Source: an uncultured Planctomycetota bacterium (lineage in GTDB: Bacteria > Planctomycetota > Planctomycetia > Gemmatales > Gemmataceae). Taken from it: DNA of 64,000 nt. The notes under the pieces were generated by a model, which saw only the letters and a list, made by a program, of their open reading frames with translations, was not told the DNA's origin and made no database searches. Positions 31,772 to 42,024 of this stretch are shown piece by piece (the first letter of the stretch is position 1; every line of letters starts with the position of its first letter). The stretch is from assembly GCA_963849325.1 (NCBI GenBank), contig CAWKHF010000005.1:960001-1024000 (forward strand). Reading direction: 5' to 3'. The position numbers and the translations under genes were made by a program.

Positions 31772-32836
31772 ATGCGCGATCCGTTTTTCTGGTCGATTCC
31801 GCTGGGCCGTCTGTTCGGTATCACCATCCGGGTCCACCTGCTGTTTCCGGTGGTGGCCCTGGCCATGATCCTGCGTATCGCCTTCAAACAAGACCCGCCT
31901 TACATTGAGGGTTCGTGGATCGACGCCGTCATGGTGACGGTCCTGTTTTTCGTGTCGGTGCTGTGCCACGAATTCGGCCACTGCTTCGTGGCCCGCTGGG
32001 TGGACGGCGACGCCACGGAGATCATGATGTGGCCGCTGGGCGGCCTGGCCTCGGTGGATCTGCCGCACCAGCCGCGCGCTCACTTCCTCACCGCGGCGGC
32101 GGGACCGGCCGTCAACCTCCTGCTGGCCACCCTCTGCGCTCTGCTTTTGGCCGTCGTGTTTGATCCTTCCTTTCAGCCGCCCTGGAACCCTCTGAACTGT
32201 CCGTTCCGAATCTCCGCGGACGGTTCGATCGCCCTGTACGCCTGGAACGGCCAACCGCACGCGATCAACCGCCTGGGTCTGGTGCTTTTGGCCCGCTTGT
32301 TCTGGGTCAACTGGGTGCTGTTCCTCTTCAACATGGTCCTCGTCTGCTTCCCGATGGACGCTGGCCGAATGCTGCAGAGCGCCTTGTGGCCGCAGCTCGG
32401 CTTCCGCCAGGCGACGCTGGTCGTCATCTACGCCGGCTTCGTTATGACGGTGATCGTCGGCCTGTTGTCGATCGTGTGGAACGAGATCCTCATCTTCTGC
32501 CTGGCCGCCTTCATCTACGTATCCTGCCGCACGCAGTTGTTCGTCCTGGAGACCGGCGGCGAGGAGGGTTTGTTCGGCTACGACTTCTCGCAGGGCTACA
32601 CCAGCCTGGAGCGCGATCAGCCGCGTCCGGCCACGAAGAAGGCGAGTTGGTGGAAGCGCTGGCGCGACCGCCGCGCCGCTCGCAAGCTCCAGCGCGACAT
32701 GGAGACACGCGAGGCCGATGAGCGACGCCTCGACGAACTGCTGGAAAAAGTGCAGCGCCTCGGCATGGGCGCCCTGACCGACGAGGAACGCCGCTTCATG
32801 AAGCGCGTCAGCGACCGCTATCGCAACCGAAATTAA
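31772..32836 (+). CDS. Site-2 protease (M50) with C-terminal soluble domain
   Basis: HEFGH, AAAGPAVN, FPMDAGR; C-terminal LDELLEKV...LTDEERRFM. Confidence 0.9.
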   Translation: MRDPFFWSIPLGRLFGITIRVHLLFPVVALAMILRIAFKQDPPYIEGSWIDAVMVTVLFFVSVLCHEFGHCFVARWVDGDATEIMMWPLGGLASVDLPHQPRAHFLTAAAGPAVNLLLATLCALLLAVVFDPSFQPPWNPLNCPFRISADGSIALYAWNGQPHAINRLGLVLLARLFWVNWVLFLFNMVLVCFPMDAGRMLQSALWPQLGFRQATLVVIYAGFVMTVIVGLLSIVWNEILIFCLAAFIYVSCRTQLFVLETGGEEGLFGYDFSQGYTSLERDQPRPATKKASWWKRWRDRRAARKLQRDMETREADERRLDELLEKVQRLGMGALTDEERRFMKRVSDRYRNRN

Positions 32837-32837
32837 C

Positions 32838-34166
32838 ATGGCCGAGCAAATTCCTCCCCGAACGCTCAAGGGCTTCCGCGATTATCTGCCGGAATTGATG
32901 ATTCCGCGCGAACACCTGCTGGAACAGGCGCGGCGCGTCTATCGCTCTTACGGCTTCGCTCCCATCGACACGCCGGCGCTGGAGTATCTGGAGATCCTGC
33001 GCGGCAAGGCCGGCGAGGAATCGGACAAGCTCATCTACAGCTTCAAGGACCACGGCGGCCGCGACGTCGCCCTGCGCTTCGATCTGACGGTGCCGTTCGC
33101 TCGTTTCGCCGCCCAGTACATCGGCCAGCTCGGCACGCCGTTCAAGCGTTATCACGTCGGGCCGGTCTGGCGCGGCGAGAACACCGGACACGGACGCTAC
33201 CGCGAATTCTGGCAGTGCGATTTCGACACCATCGGCACTACCTCGAATGCCAGCGACATCGAGGTCGCCCTGGTCATTCACGACCTGATGCGCGCCCTCG
33301 GCTTCGAGAAGTTTGAAATCCGCATCAACAATCGCCTTGTCCTCAACGGCCTGCTGGAAGAGTTGGGTCTGGCCGGGCAGGCGGCACCGCTGCTGCGCGC
33401 TCTCGACAAATTGCCGAAGATCGGGGCGGAGGCGGTCTGCGCTGAGATGGCCGAGAAGGCCGGGGTCGGCCGTGCTCAGGCCGAGCGCGTGCTGGCCCTG
33501 GCCGGGATGCAAGGCGGCAACACCGACATCCTCACTCGCCTCGAACGCGAGTTCGGCGCCAACCCGCGCGCCGCCGACGGCATCGCTCGTCTGCGCGAAC
33601 TCGTCACCGTGGCCCGCGACGCCGGTATCGCCGAGGAGCGGATTCGACTGGACCTGTCCATCGCGCGCGGCCTGGACTACTACACCGGCACCATTTACGA
33701 GACGTTCCTGACCGACAAGCCGGACATCGGCAGCGTCTGCTCCGGCGGTCGTTACGACAACCTCGCCAGCCTGTACACCAAGCAGGTGTTGCCCGGCGTC
33801 GGCGCCTCGCTGGGACTGGACCGCCTGCTGGCCGCGATGGAGGAAATGAACCTGCTGCCGAAGGTGAGTACACCGGCCCCGGTGCTGGTCGTGCAGTTCG
33901 CTGCCGAGTACATCGGGGCGTACCAGCGCATGGCGCGGCACCTGCGAACGGAAGGGGTCGGCGTCGAGGTCTATCCCGAGGCGAAGAAGGTCGGCCAGCA
34001 GTTGAAGTACGCCGAGGGGCGCGGCTTCCGCGTCGCCCTCATCGCCGGACCGGACGAGTTCGCTCGCGGCATGTGGCAGATCAAGGACCTGGCGCGGCGC
34101 GAGCAGATCAACGTGCCGGCGACGGAAGTCGTGCCGGCCGTGCGCAAGGTGCTGGGGACAACGTGA
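32838..34166 (+). CDS. hisS: Histidine--tRNA ligase
   Basis: KGFRDYLP, LRFDLTVP, GRYREFWQCDFD, ARGLDYYTG, GGRYDNL. Confidence 0.97.
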   Translation: MAEQIPPRTLKGFRDYLPELMIPREHLLEQARRVYRSYGFAPIDTPALEYLEILRGKAGEESDKLIYSFKDHGGRDVALRFDLTVPFARFAAQYIGQLGTPFKRYHVGPVWRGENTGHGRYREFWQCDFDTIGTTSNASDIEVALVIHDLMRALGFEKFEIRINNRLVLNGLLEELGLAGQAAPLLRALDKLPKIGAEAVCAEMAEKAGVGRAQAERVLALAGMQGGNTDILTRLEREFGANPRAADGIARLRELVTVARDAGIAEERIRLDLSIARGLDYYTGTIYETFLTDKPDIGSVCSGGRYDNLASLYTKQVLPGVGASLGLDRLLAAMEEMNLLPKVSTPAPVLVVQFAAEYIGAYQRMARHLRTEGVGVEVYPEAKKVGQQLKYAEGRGFRVALIAGPDEFARGMWQIKDLARREQINVPATEVVPAVRKVLGTT

Positions 34167-34179
34167 GCGAGGGCGCCGC

Positions 34180-34791
34180 ATGGACCGCAGCAACCATTAC
34201 GAGTCGGCCTTCGAGGCGTACCTGCAAGGACATCGTCTCTGTTACGTCGCCGTCGATGAGACGCGGCGGCCCATCCTCGGCGCCTCGCCGGTCAAGAGCC
34301 TCGATTTCATCGTCTTCGGCGAGAACGGCGCCCGCCTCGTGGTGGACGTGAAGGGTCGCCGCTTCCCGGCCGGCCGGGCCGGCAAGCGCCGCCGCGTCTG
34401 GGAGTGCTGGTCCACCCGCGCGGACATCGACGGCTTGCGGCGCTGGGTCGATCTGTGGGGCGAGGGCTATCAGGGCTTGCTCGTCTTCAGCTATCACATC
34501 CTGCCCGACGTGGAGTTGCCCGCCGACACCGAGGATCTGTGGACGTGGCGCGGCCGGCGCTATCTTCTGCGCGCGATCGAAGTGAACGAGTATCAGCGGC
34601 ACATGCGCGTCCGCAGTCCGAAATGGGAGACTGTCACTCTGCCGCGCGAGGCGTATCGCGAGCTGGTGCAACCGCTGCATCACTACACGCAGGTTACGGC
34701 GACCGTGCCACCCGACACGGCAGACTTGGGTGAAGATGCGTGGGACAACTGGGAGGATGCCGGCGAGTACGAAGATAGCCCGTGGCGGTGA
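34180..34791 (+). CDS. HYExAFE-family protein (PD-(D/E)xK-like motif)
   Basis: NHYESAFEAYL; SLDFIV...VDVKGR. Confidence 0.85.
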   Translation: MDRSNHYESAFEAYLQGHRLCYVAVDETRRPILGASPVKSLDFIVFGENGARLVVDVKGRRFPAGRAGKRRRVWECWSTRADIDGLRRWVDLWGEGYQGLLVFSYHILPDVELPADTEDLWTWRGRRYLLRAIEVNEYQRHMRVRSPKWETVTLPREAYRELVQPLHHYTQVTATVPPDTADLGEDAWDNWEDAGEYEDSPWR

Positions 34792-34876
34792 TGTCCTGAC
34801 TCTCGTTCGCCATCCGAGTTTTGCCGGGTGCGAGGAAAGCCAACGAAAAGTTTCGGATACCTTTGCTGCGCGGCGG

Positions 34877-35284
34877 TCAAGGCGGCGGGAAGTAGCCAGC
34901 GGCGATCAACGCTTCGCGCAGCGTAACGCGATGCGGAAGGTTCATGCCCAGCACAGCCACCGTCGCACGGCCGATGGCCGTGCGCCCGGTCAGGATCGGG
35001 CCGTCCCAGTGGAAATGCCAAGACCACTTGTGTCGCCGCGGATTGAAGAGACGAGTGAGCTTCTTGGTGACGGGGTCGATCCCGGTCAGGTTCGGCCCCT
35101 TGTGCAAGTTGTCTTGGTGACAGGCGAGGGCCAGATTGCTTGGAGAATCCGTGCCCCCGTGCTGCCGGGCGATGACGTGCTCGACATGGAACGCGAAGAG
35201 AGGGTCATCGTCCTCGTGGAGCCGGCAGTATTCGCAGCGCTGCCCCGCGCGCTGCCGGACCAAGTTGCGGGTGAGCGCGTCCAT
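34877..35284 (-). CDS. HNH endonuclease
   Basis: RAGQRCEYC, HVEHVIARQHGG, NLALACHQDNLHKG. Confidence 0.9.
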   Translation of the reverse strand: MDALTRNLVRQRAGQRCEYCRLHEDDDPLFAFHVEHVIARQHGGTDSPSNLALACHQDNLHKGPNLTGIDPVTKKLTRLFNPRRHKWSWHFHWDGPILTGRTAIGRATVAVLGMNLPHRVTLREALIAAGYFPPP

Positions 35285-35550
35285 CAGGAAGTAGTACGGA
35301 GCTGTGCCCGGGCTTTGGCCTGGAGGATAGCCACGATGTTCGCGGCCATGACACAGGCTTCATACTCGGCGCGCTCTTCCGTTGAGAGTAAGCCCTCGTT
35401 GCACTTCTCCGCCAGTTCGCGGATTCGGGCCTGAGCCTCTTCGTCGCCGCGTAGGCCAGCCAACTCGCGGGCTGCCCGTTTGGAGAGGCAACGTCCTACC
35501 GGGTCGAGCAATCGGTCCAAGACGCGCGTGAGAGTAGTCGTTTCGGGCAT
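35284..35550 (-). CDS. Small hypothetical protein translationally coupled to the HNH gene (antitoxin-like)
   Basis: TGATG stop/start overlap; ELAEKCNEGLLSTEERAEY. Confidence 0.75.
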   Translation of the reverse strand: MPETTTLTRVLDRLLDPVGRCLSKRAARELAGLRGDEEAQARIRELAEKCNEGLLSTEERAEYEACVMAANIVAILQAKARAQLRTTS

Positions 35551-35734
35551 GTCTTCATAATACCTTGGTGTCCTGCCGCCGTCTGGATGTTAGCACAGAT
35601 ACGGCCGCAGGTCGAGCACGTCCGCCAGGGAACGTCGGAGGACGGCTTGGCCTGGATGGGGTCGAAGCGCGGTGGTTATCATTGACGAGAGATCGAGAGG
35701 GGCGGGGCGACCGGCATCATCCAGGAGGTTGGTC

Positions 35735-36439
35735 ATGGCGACGCGATTGTGTTGGTTGGGACATGCGTGTTTGCTGCTGGAGAGCGACGGCAAGCGGGTG
35801 CTGATCGATCCGTTCCTCACCGGCAATCCCTCGGCGGCGATAACGGCCGACAAGGTGCCGGCCGATTTTATCCTCGTCTCGCACGGCCACGGCGATCACG
35901 TCGGCGACACCGTGGCCATCGCCAAGCGCACCGGCGCGACCGTCATCGCCAACTACGAGATGAGCGAGTGGTTCAAAAAGCAGGGAGTGAAGAACGTCCA
36001 CGGCCAGCAGCACGGCGGTGGACATGCTTATCCGTTCGGCCACGTCAAGCTGACGTTGGCCTTCCACGGCTCGGCGCTGCCCGATGGCAGCTACGGCGGC
36101 AATCCTTGCGGTTTCCTCATCACCTTCTCGGACGGCACGCGCGTTTACGACGCCGCGGACACGGGTTTGTTCGGCGACATGCGGCTGATCGGCGAGGAGG
36201 GGATCGATCTGGCCGTGCTGCCCATCGGCGACAATTTCACGATGGGGCCGGGCGACGCCGTGCGCGCCGTGAAGCTAATTCAGCCGCGGCAGGTGGTGCC
36301 CATCCACTACAACACCTGGGAACTGATCGCGCAGGACGCCGGCGCCTGGGCCGAGCGCGTTCGCCGCGAGACGCAGGCCGAACCCGTCGTCCTCAAACCC
36401 GGCGAATGGGTCGATGTCCAGGCTCGGAAAAGGGAATAG
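35735..36439 (+). CDS. Metal-dependent hydrolase, beta-lactamase fold (UPF0173-like)
   Basis: WLGHA, IDPFL, SHGHGDH, LPIGDNFTM, PIHYNT. Confidence 0.92.
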   Translation: MATRLCWLGHACLLLESDGKRVLIDPFLTGNPSAAITADKVPADFILVSHGHGDHVGDTVAIAKRTGATVIANYEMSEWFKKQGVKNVHGQQHGGGHAYPFGHVKLTLAFHGSALPDGSYGGNPCGFLITFSDGTRVYDAADTGLFGDMRLIGEEGIDLAVLPIGDNFTMGPGDAVRAVKLIQPRQVVPIHYNTWELIAQDAGAWAERVRRETQAEPVVLKPGEWVDVQARKRE

Positions 36440-36493
36440 GGAATAGGAAAGACTCCTTGCCCCTATTCCCTATTCCCTATTCCCTATTCCCTA
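36431..36493. repeat. Heptamer-armed stem-loop (TAGGGAA)n / (TTCCCTA)n
   Basis: Between convergent genes; contains the TAG stop of the hydrolase. Confidence 0.92.
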
Positions 36494-36499
36494 GTTGAT

Positions 36500-39400
36500 T
36501 CAGTGCGCCATGCTGTCCGAGCCGGCGGGCGGCTCGCGATGGCCGTAGAGGCTGTACAGGATCGGCATGAGATAGCGCGTCAAAAACAGCGTCGTAATCA
36601 TGCCGCCGACGACGACGATGGCCAGCGGTTGCTGCGTCTGGGCGCCGATGCGCGTCGAGAGCGCCGCCGGCAGCAGGCCCAGGATGGCCGTCAACGCCGT
36701 CATCATCACCGGCCGTACCCGCTTCTCCGCCCCCTGCATGATGGCGTCGTGCAGCGGCAACCCCTGGGCGCGCAGCTGGTTGAAGTAGGAGATCATCAGC
36801 AGGCCGTCCATGATGGCCACGCCGAACAGCGAGATGAAGCCGACCGCCGCCGAGATGCTGAAGTGCGTGCCGGTCAACAAGAGCGCCCAGATGCCGCCCA
36901 TCGACAGGTCGAGGACGTTGGACAGCACCACGAAGGCGTCCAGAAATGAGTGGAAGGCCAGGTACAGCAGCAGGAAAATCAAAACCAGCGACAAGGGGAT
37001 GATGAACATGAGGCGGCCCTCGGCCTCCTCCATCTCCTCGAACTCGCCGCTCCAGATGGCCCGGTAAGGGGTCCGGAACAGCTCGGCCGACTTCTGCTGG
37101 GCCTCGGCCACGGTGCCGGCCAGGTCGCGGTTGCGCACGCTGAACTTGACGGCGATCAGCCGTTCACCCTGCTCGCGGTAAATCGTCGAGGCGCCTGCGC
37201 GGATGAAATGGCCTTTCGGGTCGGGCCGGCCTTGCTCGTCGAGTGGCGTGACGAAGTCTTGCAGCGGCCGCTGCGGATTCGCCGCCAGATAGTTCAGGGT
37301 GCCGTTCCACAAACTGCCGTGCAAACCCGGCATGCTCACACTGGTGCCGATGCTCGACAACCCCGTACTGCCGCCGGTGATCCGCGTCGGGGCGACGCCG
37401 GAGACGAAGCCCGAAGTCTGGTTGTTGCCGATGTCCACCGGGATGTTCAGGATGGTCTTCTCGCTCGCTCGCAGCGACTCCGGCCAGCGCAGGGTGAGGT
37501 CGAACTTCTTCTCGCCCTCGATCATGGTCGAGAACGGCTGGCCGCCCACCGCCGACTTGATGACGGTCAGCACGTCGTTATCGCTGGCCCCATACGTCTG
37601 ACACTTGTCGCGGTCGATGGGAAATTCCAGGTTCGGTTGGCCCTTGACGCGGAAGACGCCGACGTCCTCGATGCCGCGCACGTCCTTGAGGATGATCTGC
37701 AAGCGATCGGCCAGCTTCTCCAGTTCGTCGAGGTCCGGGCCGATGATCTTGACGGAGTTGTCGCCCTTGACGCCGGAGAGCGACTCCATGACGTTGTCGC
37801 GGATGTTCTGCGAGAAGTTCCAATCGACGCCGACGATCTTGAGGTTCAGCTCGTCGTTCATCTCGCGGACCAGTTCCGGCTTGGTCCGCGCTCGGCGGGT
37901 GCGGAACCAGCGGAGCCAGCCCGTCTGGTTCTTGAGCGCCGGCCAGTCGCGCTGCGGCTTGAGCGGCACGAAGAACTCGACGTTGTAGAAGCCGGTCGGG
38001 TCGGTGCCGTCGTCGGGCCGGCCGATCTGCGCCATGATCGCCTGGATCTCGGGGTAGGTCTGCATGATGAGCCGGGCGCGATCGGTCTGCACCGACACGG
38101 CATCGAGGTTGATGTTCATTGGGAAGGTGGCGCGAATCCACAGGTTGCCCTCTTCCAGTTCGGGCATGAACTCGCGGCCCAGCAACGGCAACAGCAACAC
38201 CGTGATGGCGATAAGGCTGCCCATGACCGCCAGCGTCGCCCAGCGATACTTCAGGCACAGCTCCAGCTGGTTGAGGTAGCGCGACTTGAGGACGCGGACC
38301 AGGAAGTTGTCCGGGACCGGCTCGAGCTTGCTGAAGAAGAGCAGGCACAGCACCGGGGCCAGGGTCAGGGCCAGAAGCAGAGCGCCGCCCAGGGCGAAGG
38401 CGTAGGTGTCGGCCATCGGGCCGAAGATCTGTCCTTCCGGGCCGCGCATCGTGAACAGCGGCAGGAAGGCGCAGACCATGATGAGCGTCGAGAAAAACAG
38501 GCTTTTCTGCACCTCGCCGCTGGCCCGGATAATGCGGTCCTTCAGCGGCAGTTCGGCGTACTCGCCGGAGCTGAGGTGGCGATAGATGTTCTCGACCATG
38601 ATGACCGAGGAATCGACGATGATGCCGAAATCGACGGCCCCGATGGACAGCAGGTTGGCCGACTTGCCGCGCAGGAACAGCATCGAGAAGGCGAACAACA
38701 GCGCCAGCGGGATGTTGATGGCCACGATCAGAGCGCTGCGCACGTTACTGAGGAACATGAACAGGATGACCGTCACCAGGCCCATGCCCAGGAGGAGGTT
38801 CTCTTGCACGGTCTCGGTGGTGACGTGGATGAGGTCGGTGCGATCGTAGTAGGTGTCGATTTTGACGCCGGGCAGCATCCGGCCGGGCTTCTCGTTGAGT
38901 TCCTTGATCTTGACTTCGACGTCGTGCAGGGCGGGCAGCGAGTCCTCGTTCTTGCGCAGCAGGATGATGCTCTGCACCTTCTCCGGCTCGCTGAGCCAGA
39001 CTACGTTGCCGTCGGCATCGTGGACTTCTCGGCCGTTGGCGTTCTTCTTCGGTTCGCTGTACATGACCCGGCCGAGGCGCGTCTGGGAAGCGACGACGAC
39101 GCCCTGCCGGCCGATGTCGGTGGCGTACTTGAGGGGGCCGCCCTCGACCACGTCCCCGACGCGGATGGGCGATTGTTGATTGATGCGATGGTGATCTGGC
39201 GGATGGCCCGGACGCGGCGTTCGTCCTCGCGGCGCAGGTAGTCGGCGGCGGCGCGGGGGTTGCTCGTGGCGAGCACTTCCGGGGCCTGCATGGGGTCGAT
39301 GCCGCCGCCGATCAGGCCGATGCCGCGCACGTTGAGGAGGTTGGGGCCGAGCTGGAGGTGTTCGCCGCCGACGTTGGCGTTGGCGTTGGCGATGGCGTTT

Positions 39401-40030
39401 TGCAGCTGCGACAGGGTGATGCCGTAGCGCCGCAGGCGGTCCGGGTCGGGACGGACCTCGTAGCGCTTGACGGTGCCGCCGCTGCTGGACACGTCGATGA
39501 TGCGCGGTACGCGCTTGAAGATGCGCTCCAGGCTCCAGTCTTGCAGCGCCTTCAGGTCGTTGAGCGAATAAATATCGCGGCCATGATCGTCCTTGGGTCC
39601 GGTCAGGGTGTAGCGGAGGATTTCGCCGGTCGGACTTTGCGGCGACAGGATCGGCAGGACGCCCGGCGGCAACGACTCGGTGAATTGCAGGCGGTTGATG
39701 ACCTCCTGCTTGGCCCTCTCGTAGTCGATGCCGTACTCGAACTGGTTGCGCAGGTGCGACAGGCCGAACAGCGATTTGGTCGCGCGTGTACTTCAGGCCG
39801 GGCATGCCGGCCAGCGTCACTTCCAGCGGGATGGTGACCTGGCGCTCGACCTCCTCGGCCGAGGCGCCGGGATACTGGGCGATGACCTCGACGATGGCCG
39901 GCGCCGGGTCGGGGTAGGCTTCGACGTTGACCTTGAAGAAGGCGTAGCCGCCGAAGCCGGCCAGCCCCGCCATGAGCAACAGGACGATGAGCGGATTGTT
40001 GACCGCCCAGGCGATGAGTTTGCGTACCAT
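36500..40030 (-). CDS. CusA/CzcA-family heavy-metal RND permease; two compensating frameshifts (~39780, ~39175), true middle in ORF 39001-39672
   Basis: EAYPD, EEVERQVT, GAVDFGIIVDSSVIMVEN, RPVMMTAL. Confidence 0.92.
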   Translation of the reverse strand: MVRKLIAWAVNNPLIVLLLMAGLAGFGGYAFFKVNVEAYPDPAPAIVEVIAQYPGASAEEVERQVTIPLEVTLAGMPGLKYTRDQIAVRPVAPAQPVRVRHRLREGQAGGHQPPAIHRVVAAGRPADPVAAKSDRRNPPLHPDRTQGRSWPRYLFAQRPEGAARLEPGAHLQARTAHHRRVQQRRHRQALRGPSRPGPPAALRHHPVAAAKRHRQRQRQRRRRTPPARPQPPQRARHRPDRRRHRPHAGPGSARHEQPPRRRRLPAPRGRTPRPGHPPDHHRINQQSPIRVGDVVEGGPLKYATDIGRQGVVVASQTRLGRVMYSEPKKNANGREVHDADGNVVWLSEPEKVQSIILLRKNEDSLPALHDVEVKIKELNEKPGRMLPGVKIDTYYDRTDLIHVTTETVQENLLLGMGLVTVILFMFLSNVRSALIVAINIPLALLFAFSMLFLRGKSANLLSIGAVDFGIIVDSSVIMVENIYRHLSSGEYAELPLKDRIIRASGEVQKSLFFSTLIMVCAFLPLFTMRGPEGQIFGPMADTYAFALGGALLLALTLAPVLCLLFFSKLEPVPDNFLVRVLKSRYLNQLELCLKYRWATLAVMGSLIAITVLLLPLLGREFMPELEEGNLWIRATFPMNINLDAVSVQTDRARLIMQTYPEIQAIMAQIGRPDDGTDPTGFYNVEFFVPLKPQRDWPALKNQTGWLRWFRTRRARTKPELVREMNDELNLKIVGVDWNFSQNIRDNVMESLSGVKGDNSVKIIGPDLDELEKLADRLQIILKDVRGIEDVGVFRVKGQPNLEFPIDRDKCQTYGASDNDVLTVIKSAVGGQPFSTMIEGEKKFDLTLRWPESLRASEKTILNIPVDIGNNQTSGFVSGVAPTRITGGSTGLSSIGTSVSMPGLHGSLWNGTLNYLAANPQRPLQDFVTPLDEQGRPDPKGHFIRAGASTIYREQGERLIAVKFSVRNRDLAGTVAEAQQKSAELFRTPYRAIWSGEFEEMEEAEGRLMFIIPLSLVLIFLLLYLAFHSFLDAFVVLSNVLDLSMGGIWALLLTGTHFSISAAVGFISLFGVAIMDGLLMISYFNQLRAQGLPLHDAIMQGAEKRVRPVMMTALTAILGLLPAALSTRIGAQTQQPLAIVVVGGMITTLFLTRYLMPILYSLYGHREPPAGSDSMAH

Positions 40031-40044
40031 CTGGATTTAGGGAC

Positions 40045-40132
40045 ATAGGGAATAGGGAATAGGGAATAGGGAATAGGGAATAGGTAGGAGCGAGGACTGC
40101 TTCTTCCCTATTCCCTATTCCCTATTCCCTAT
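40045..40132. repeat. Heptamer-armed stem-loop (TAGGGAA)5 / (TTCCCTA)4
   Basis: Between RND adaptor and permease; contains the adaptor stop codon. Confidence 0.93.
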
Positions 40133-41592
40133 TTGCCATTGGGTGATGCCTTGAAGTTGGCCAACTCCGCCGCCAGTTGCAGGTTGCCGGTGGTGACGAC
40201 TTCCTCGCCGGCGTGCAGGGGTCGAGCGCCGCGCTTCTTTTCGGCCTCGTTCGGCTCGGCGCGGATGAGGACGGTTTGACGGCCGCGCTGCACGACGGCC
40301 ACCGGACGCGGCGTGAACTCGCGGTGGGCGGTATCGACGGCGACGAGGACGCTGGCGGCGTCGCCTTCCTCGATCAGCGCCGACGACGGGATGGCGACCA
40401 GCGACGGATCGGACGGCAGATCGACGGTGGCCGCGATAAACTCGCCGATGAGCCGATCGCCGGGGTTGCGCAGCCAACCGCTGACTAGGCCGGTGTGCTG
40501 CGTCGGATCGATGACTGGACTGATGCGGTCAATCTCTCCCTCGATCGGCTTGTCGTCGCCGGCCCCGTCCAGGTGGACCTTCCAGCGCATCTGCTCCGGC
40601 TTGAGCCGGCGCAGGGCGGCGATGTCCTCCTCGTAGGCGTTGGCCATCACCTGCAAATGAGATAGATCGAGGACTTTGAACAGATCGGTGGTGTTATCGA
40701 CGACGTCGCCGATGGTGACGTTCTTCTCGACGAGGACGCCGTCGATGGGGGCGCGGATGGTGGTCTCGGCCCAGGTGCGTTCGACCTCGGGGTCCACGGC
40801 CCGATGTTCGGGGCGTTTCTTGTCGAGTTGGCCGCGCGCGGTGATGTCGGCCGCGTTCTGGAGGGAGAGCTTCTCGGCCTCGCGGCGGACAGCGGCGATC
40901 TCCGCCTCGGTCAGCCGGTACGAACGCAGCGTGCGCTCGGCCAGAGATACCTGGATGAGGTCGGCCGCCACGTTGCGGCGGGCGGCGTCGATGTCCGACT
41001 CCTTGATGATGCCGGGTTCCGCACGCAGATAGCGGCCCAGCAGTTTTTGATCGACTTCCAGGTGCGAGAGCGCATCGACAAGCTGGCTCTTCATGGCGCC
41101 GACGTCCTTGCTCCAGACGACGGCGAGGATCTGGCCTTTCTTGACGACATCGCCGTAACGCAGGGTGCCGGGATCGTCCGTTTTTTTGCTCATCAGGCTG
41201 GCCGGCAGCGCGGGGCCGATGCGCCGGCCGTTCGAGTCGGCCTTGCCGATGGAGACGACCTGGCCGGAGAAGAAGCACTTGATGCGGGCCAAGCGATTGG
41301 CGTCGAGCATGAGCGAGCCGCGCAGCCGCAGCGGTTCGGGCGGCGGAGCAGGCTGGACCGTGGTGGTTTGCACTTTCAGCGAGGTCGTGTAGTCGGCCGG
41401 TAGACGGAGGACGTCGGGGGAGCGCGCGTCCCAGCCGATGCGCGGCAGCAGGGCGCCCGGGGGCGACGACTCGGTCGCGTTGACCGGACGATACTTCACC
41501 CACAGAAAGAGTCCGGCCGCGATGCCGCCGAGCAGGAGGAGAGCGACGAACACACGGAGGAACGCTTTCACGATGGTGGAGGACCGGGACAT
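40129..41592 (-). CDS. RND efflux periplasmic adaptor (CzcB/CusB-like)
   Basis: N-terminal TM helix; GDVVKKGQIL; IRAPIDGVLVEKNVTIGD; AIPSSALI. Confidence 0.9.
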   Translation of the reverse strand: MSRSSTIVKAFLRVFVALLLLGGIAAGLFLWVKYRPVNATESSPPGALLPRIGWDARSPDVLRLPADYTTSLKVQTTTVQPAPPPEPLRLRGSLMLDANRLARIKCFFSGQVVSIGKADSNGRRIGPALPASLMSKKTDDPGTLRYGDVVKKGQILAVVWSKDVGAMKSQLVDALSHLEVDQKLLGRYLRAEPGIIKESDIDAARRNVAADLIQVSLAERTLRSYRLTEAEIAAVRREAEKLSLQNAADITARGQLDKKRPEHRAVDPEVERTWAETTIRAPIDGVLVEKNVTIGDVVDNTTDLFKVLDLSHLQVMANAYEEDIAALRRLKPEQMRWKVHLDGAGDDKPIEGEIDRISPVIDPTQHTGLVSGWLRNPGDRLIGEFIAATVDLPSDPSLVAIPSSALIEEGDAASVLVAVDTAHREFTPRPVAVVQRGRQTVLIRAEPNEAEKKRGARPLHAGEEVVTTGNLQLAAELANFKASPNGK

Positions 41593-41734
41593 AAAAATCC
41601 GATGGCAGGAGGGAGGTCACGCGCCAGCGTTGGCACACACCTTATGCTACGCTAACAATTAAACGGCGGTTCGTATAGAGAGTTCCGGCTTATCGGCGGG
41701 GCGCTCCGAGAATGTCTGGCGTGGGCGAAAGAAA

Positions 41735-41751
41735 AGCAAGGGCCATGCCAA
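41735..41751 (-). promoter_or_regulatory. Candidate sigma54 (-24/-12) promoter for the RND operon
   Basis: Minus strand reads TTGGCATGGCCCTTGCT (GG-N10-GC), about 140 nt upstream of the adaptor start. Confidence 0.55.
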
Positions 41752-42024
41752 TGGCCGGGTGGTCTCTTCGTCCAACTATCTTATCACCTAACTCCTTCAC
41801 ATAAAAGCCCCTGCGAAAGCAAGACCGCGATGACCGGCTGGACGGACGCCGCCGCGTGTGATCGCGGATCGGCCAGCGTGGCCGCTGTCCGATCAGAGGC
41901 AGTGGTCGGCCCACGCTCATCGCCCATCGCCGCAAGGGCGATTCGTGTTGACTCGGAAGGGCCGCGTTCTGTCTACTGGAGCTTCGCTTGCGGGCGGATG
42001 AGGGCCCGCGCAAGGGGATGACGC

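Noticed and set aside
10556-39241. Long antisense or alternate-frame ORFs (e.g. 10556-12631, 13244-15214, 36950-39241)
   Set aside because: They are shadow ORFs of high-GC genes, Arg/Ala/Pro-rich and without recognisable motifs.
41630-41648. TTGGCACACACCTTATGCT as a sigma54 promoter
   Set aside because: GG-to-GC spacing is 12 rather than 10.
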